DNA of 63,761 nt, counting the filler, from Saprolegnia diclina VS20 (taxonomy: Eukaryota), in assembly GCF_000281045.1 (NCBI RefSeq). It is 11 parts of 8 records of this genome, joined end to end, with 100 filler letters (N's around TTAATTAATTAA, not from the genome) between each part and the next. Parts side by side here need not be neighbours in the genome. Positions count along the whole stretch, not along the records: positions 60,157 to 61,324 come from NW_008246271.1; positions 61,425 to 63,761 come from NW_008246273.1; 9 more parts are not named here. The stretch is one strand, 5' to 3'. Shown one piece after another: positions 60,157 to 63,761 of this stretch. Below the pieces are notes generated by a model. It had not been told where the DNA came from and ran no database searches. It was given only the letters and a program-made list of their open reading frames with translations. Every line of letters starts with the position of its first letter. The stretch's first letter is position 1. The position numbers and the translations under genes were made by a program.

Positions 60157-61259
60157 CCGAGGAGCGCCGCGCGTGGTCGATAGCTCGCGCGGATTGGTGT
60201 CGCCGGCGGCAACGACGACGGCAGCGACACGCGGCGCTGCGGTTGCGCGATGACAGGCGGTGACTTCAACGACGGCGGCAGCGAGGATCGGCGGTGCGTG
60301 TCGATGCGATGGCTCGGCGCCAAAGCGGGCGGTGGCACCGAGGCATCCTTGGACGAGAGGATCCGCATGAGATGGTCGCGTTCCGCTTCGAGCTCCGCGA
60401 TGCGAGCGTGAGCGTGTTGGCGCGCTTCGTTCGCTTCGCCGAGTCGCTGCAAGAGCATCGCGTTGTTTTCGAGAGCTGTGTGGAGTATCTCTCGCAAGGA
60501 CCCTTCGTGCGACGACATGTCCAGGACGAGAGCGTCGTGGGGCGTCTTGCGCGGCGGCGAGGCGACGATGAGCTCCATCGGCAGCGAGAGCGTTCCGCCA
60601 AGCATGGCCTCGAACGGGACAAGCACCGAGCCCGCGACGCGACTCGACGTGGCCAAGGGCGGACGCACAATGTCGTAGACGAGGCCCTCGTACAAAGCAA
60701 TCGCGCGCGTGAGCAGTCGGCGCAAGCGATCGACGCAGTTGGGAACTGTCGCGAGCACCTCGAAGACGTTGAGGAGGAGGTTGCCGCCAAAGAGGATCTC
60801 GTCGTCAGAGCACACGTCGTCCGTGACCAAGTGATGCGAAGACACGATGACGCTGGTGTGGAACGTCGATGGCGACGCGAACGAGACGCGGACGATGTGG
60901 TTGCCGAGGCCAGCAGGAATGCAGACGGCCACGCGCACCTTGCCGTCCGTCGAGACGAGAATGCCAAAGTCTCCGTGACGCTCCAAGCGCGCCGGGAAGG
61001 TCGTGGGCTTGGCGAGAACCCGCCACGCTGCCGCAGTCGCGACGAGCGCCGACGTCGCGTCCGGGTTCGCCGCGACCATCGTCATTGCGTGGGCGAGGAC
61101 CGTGTCCTCTCGGAGACCCAAGAAGAGAAACAGGCTCAGTGTCTCGGCGTTGCGAGCATTCGGATCAATGCCGACGGTCTGGGCGAGCGCGGCCGTCGAG
61201 AGCTGCGCCAGCTGCAGGTCGTCGACCACCTTGAGCGCGACGAGACTTGTGAGCACCAT
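60157..61259 (-). CDS. Hypothetical protein with coiled coil and Pro/Ser-rich tail; 3' end in gap
   Basis: Uninterrupted ORF of about 367 codons from ATG 61259 with coding-like GC3; LLQRLGEANEARQHAHARIAELEAERDHL. Confidence 0.6.
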
Positions 61260-62454
61260 GGAGCAAATCCGAAAGTGAGAGCATCGGGGCTTGCTGCGTC
61301 GGTGCGGTTTCATCAGCCGCGCAGNNNNNNNNNNNNNNNNNNNNNNNNNNNNNNNNNNNNNNNNNNNNTTAATTAATTAANNNNNNNNNNNNNNNNNNNN
61401 NNNNNNNNNNNNNNNNNNNNNNNNTCCTCTTCCCCGTCAATCGAGTCGATTGAGCGGTATTGATGGTTAAGACGTGTGTAGGGACGTGATCGGAGTGCGC
61501 CACCGAAAAGTCGCGTCCAATACGTCGAGGTCAGCTGGGGCCGGGAATCGGAGCCTGCCCGAACTGGGAATGAGCGAGCACCCAATACAAACTGTGTTGG
61601 TCTTGGTATAGGCCATGCGCAGCGGTGGCGCGAAACCAAACACGGCGCAGCGAGTACGGTACGCGCTCCGAATCGTGGTGCGGATCGGCCACGGGCGTGA
61701 CGCACGTATGCATAACCGCGCGCGCCAATTTTCTCGGCGGGCATAGAGACGACAGACACCAAACTCGAGGTTCCGAGCGAGGCCGCTCGCACAAGAAACT
61801 TGACGGATCTTGGATGGGTCGTCGTCTCGTTGACAGCGGTTTGGTTTTCGTGTTACGAGCATGTTAATGTGTAATGCGAGCTCGGTTGCATGGAGCCGAC
61901 ACAGGACATTGAGCTCAATGAGGGTACGTTTGTCGATGCACACTTGTAGTTGAAGCACCCAAAGGGGAGCGAGACCCGAGATGTGCTGGAAATGATGTTG
62001 CTCGAAGATATGCCTTGGACATGCCGCGCGATCGTGTTGCAGACCACGCAGAATGCGTCGACAGAGCCGCTTTAGCCGGCGGGAACCGAGTGATCGATGC
62101 CGATACGGGTAGCACGAACCCAAACATGGCTGCTATCCACTGCACAACCCTGCAGGTGACAGAATAACTGCACCCGTGGGGCCTGATGTGCCCATCATGA
62201 CCGCGCTCATTGGATCTGTCGCACGTGACCAGGGGTGTGTTCCTCTGCACGAAACCAAGCGGTGCCCGCTGATATGTCGGCCAAGCGCAGCCACGAGAGC
62301 AGTGGAAGGACGACCTTGCGAGAGTATGAATTTTGAGCGACGCGCCGATCGGAAAGAAAATACGTGGATGAGACGGCCGTCGACCGACATCGGTTGGGGG
62401 TTCATGACCTCGAAGCTGAGTGGGCTGCAGCTACCACGTCGACCCTTCTCAAGT

Positions 62455-62490
62455 CCGAGCATAGCTCAGTTGATAGAGCGTTTGACAGTC
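62455..62490 (+). pseudogene. tRNA-derived 5' half (Tyr-like), copy 1
   Basis: CCGAGCA-TA-GCTC-AGTTGATA-GAGC-G-TTTGA gives an acceptor strand, a D-arm and an A-box; no T-arm or 3' acceptor strand follows. Confidence 0.55.
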
Positions 62491-63507
62491 GTTGGGTATT
62501 CATTTATGAACTCGTATAGGAATTCGGAAATCCTTCTCTGAAAAGTCGTCAGATTGCGTGGTGCCAGCAGGTAGAACCGGGGTTCCTGTCCAGTCGGTGG
62601 TTTCCTGCTTCACGCGCAGGAGCTGCGGTGCTCTAGTTCCGTAAGAGTTGTCGTTTTCTTCTTTCGCATTGGCGTTGGCATCAGGGCAATGACTCAGCCG
62701 CGCCCAAATACGCGCACAGGCGCAGTTGCAGTTGATTCGGCTGAGACCACTGAGTCGCTAGTACCGGCGCCGTTGTCGAACGGAGTGGGTGTAGTTGGGT
62801 GGTTTTGTTCAAGGTGGAACGCACAAGTACCTACCTACTTGGCTGCTTCACAGCTCTAAGTTGGCACTCAAAGAAAAAGCACCCCTACGCGCGCTGTTGG
62901 GCGGTATTAGTGAGAGACATCGTGACCGTATGAATATGCAGCCAGCCGCCCATCAACACGGGTGCACCACTTGTACGTAACAGAGCTCATGTACGACACG
63001 TTGCGCGTGTTTGTATTGGAGCTCGCCGTCGTCAAGAGGCGCATCCAGAACGTCTGGCGGGATTGGCGAGTGTGCTTGAACGGCGTGGCTTTGATTGCCT
63101 CCTTGACACCGGCCTGCGATGGCCCGACGTATTGCCACCNNNNNNNNNNNNNNNNNNNNNNNNNNNNNNNNNNNNNNNNNNNNNNNNNNNNNNNNNNNNN
63201 NNNNNNNNNNNNNNNNNNNNNNNNNNNNNNNNNNNNNNNTGTGCCCATCATGACCGCGCTCATTGGATCTGTCGCACGTGACCAGGGGTGTGTTCCTCTG
63301 CACGAAACCAAGCGGTGCCCGCTGATATGTCGGCGAAGCGCAGCCACGAGAGCAGTGGAAGGACGACCTTGCGAGAGTATGAATTTTGAGCGACGCGCCG
63401 ATCGGAAAGAAAATACGTGGATGAGACGGTCGTCGACCGACATCGGTTGGGGGTTCATGACCTCGAAGCTGAGTGGGCTGCAGCTACCACGTCGATCCTT
63501 CTCAAGT

Positions 63508-63543
63508 CCGAGCATGGCTCAGTTGATAGAGCGTTTGACAGTC
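63508..63543 (+). pseudogene. tRNA-derived 5' half (Tyr-like), copy 2
   Basis: Same sequence in the second repeat copy (CCGAGCATGGCTCAGTTGATAGAGCG). Confidence 0.5.
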
Positions 63544-63761
63544 GTTGGGTATTCATTTATGAACTCGTATAGGAATTCGGAAATCCTTCTCTGAAAAGTC
63601 GTCAGATTGCGTGGTGCCAGCAGGTAAAACCGGGGTTCCTGTCCAGTCGGTGGTTTCCTGCTTCACGCGCAGGAGCTGCGGTGCTCTAGTTCCGTAAGAG
63701 TTGTCGTTTTCTTCTTTCACATTGACGTTGGCATCAGGGCAATGACTCGGCCGCGCCCAAA

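Larger units (their letters stand above)
62187..63761. repeat. Direct repeat of at least 522 bp (62187-62708 and 63240-63761)
   Basis: The two copies are offset by 1053 bp and differ by only a few substitutions; they are separated by a 100-N gap. Confidence 0.9.

Noticed and set aside
61425..62186. 218-aa minus-strand ORF and an intron-like GT...AG on the plus strand
   Set aside because: No recognisable homology and no coherent gene model.

Overview
Eukaryotic, GC-rich genomic DNA with very short GT-AG introns (40-60 nt) and oomycete INR/FPR-like core promoters. It is most consistent with a saprolegnialean oomycete (Saprolegnia-like; inference). The window is a string of contigs joined by N-gaps, most containing an artificial TTAATTAATTAA linker, so gene order across linkers is unverified. 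The left half (to ~28 kb) is gene-dense and housekeeping: PHO84-type phosphate transporter, KRE6/SKN1 glucanase-like protein, a head-to-head pair of BT1 transporters with a near-identical tract, VPS15, PP2A scaffold subunit, USB1, a TPR protein, PSMD5, a bZIP-like factor, an F-box/LRR protein and an IQ protein. The right half is accessory and repeat-rich: a degenerate Ty1/copia element with a half-tRNA(iMet)-type PBS, a Gly/Trp/Cys-rich secreted peptide, an LRR gene, a disrupted two-module giant membrane protein plus a relic, a probable myristoylated pseudokinase-C2 protein, a decayed tyrosine-recombinase retroelement with split direct repeats, two or three MITE families, a spliced gene with four tandem kinase-like domains (three degenerate, one intact) plus a paralogue fragment, and a duplicated tRNA-like repeat. 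The four-kinase-domain gene is the best candidate for an undescribed system.
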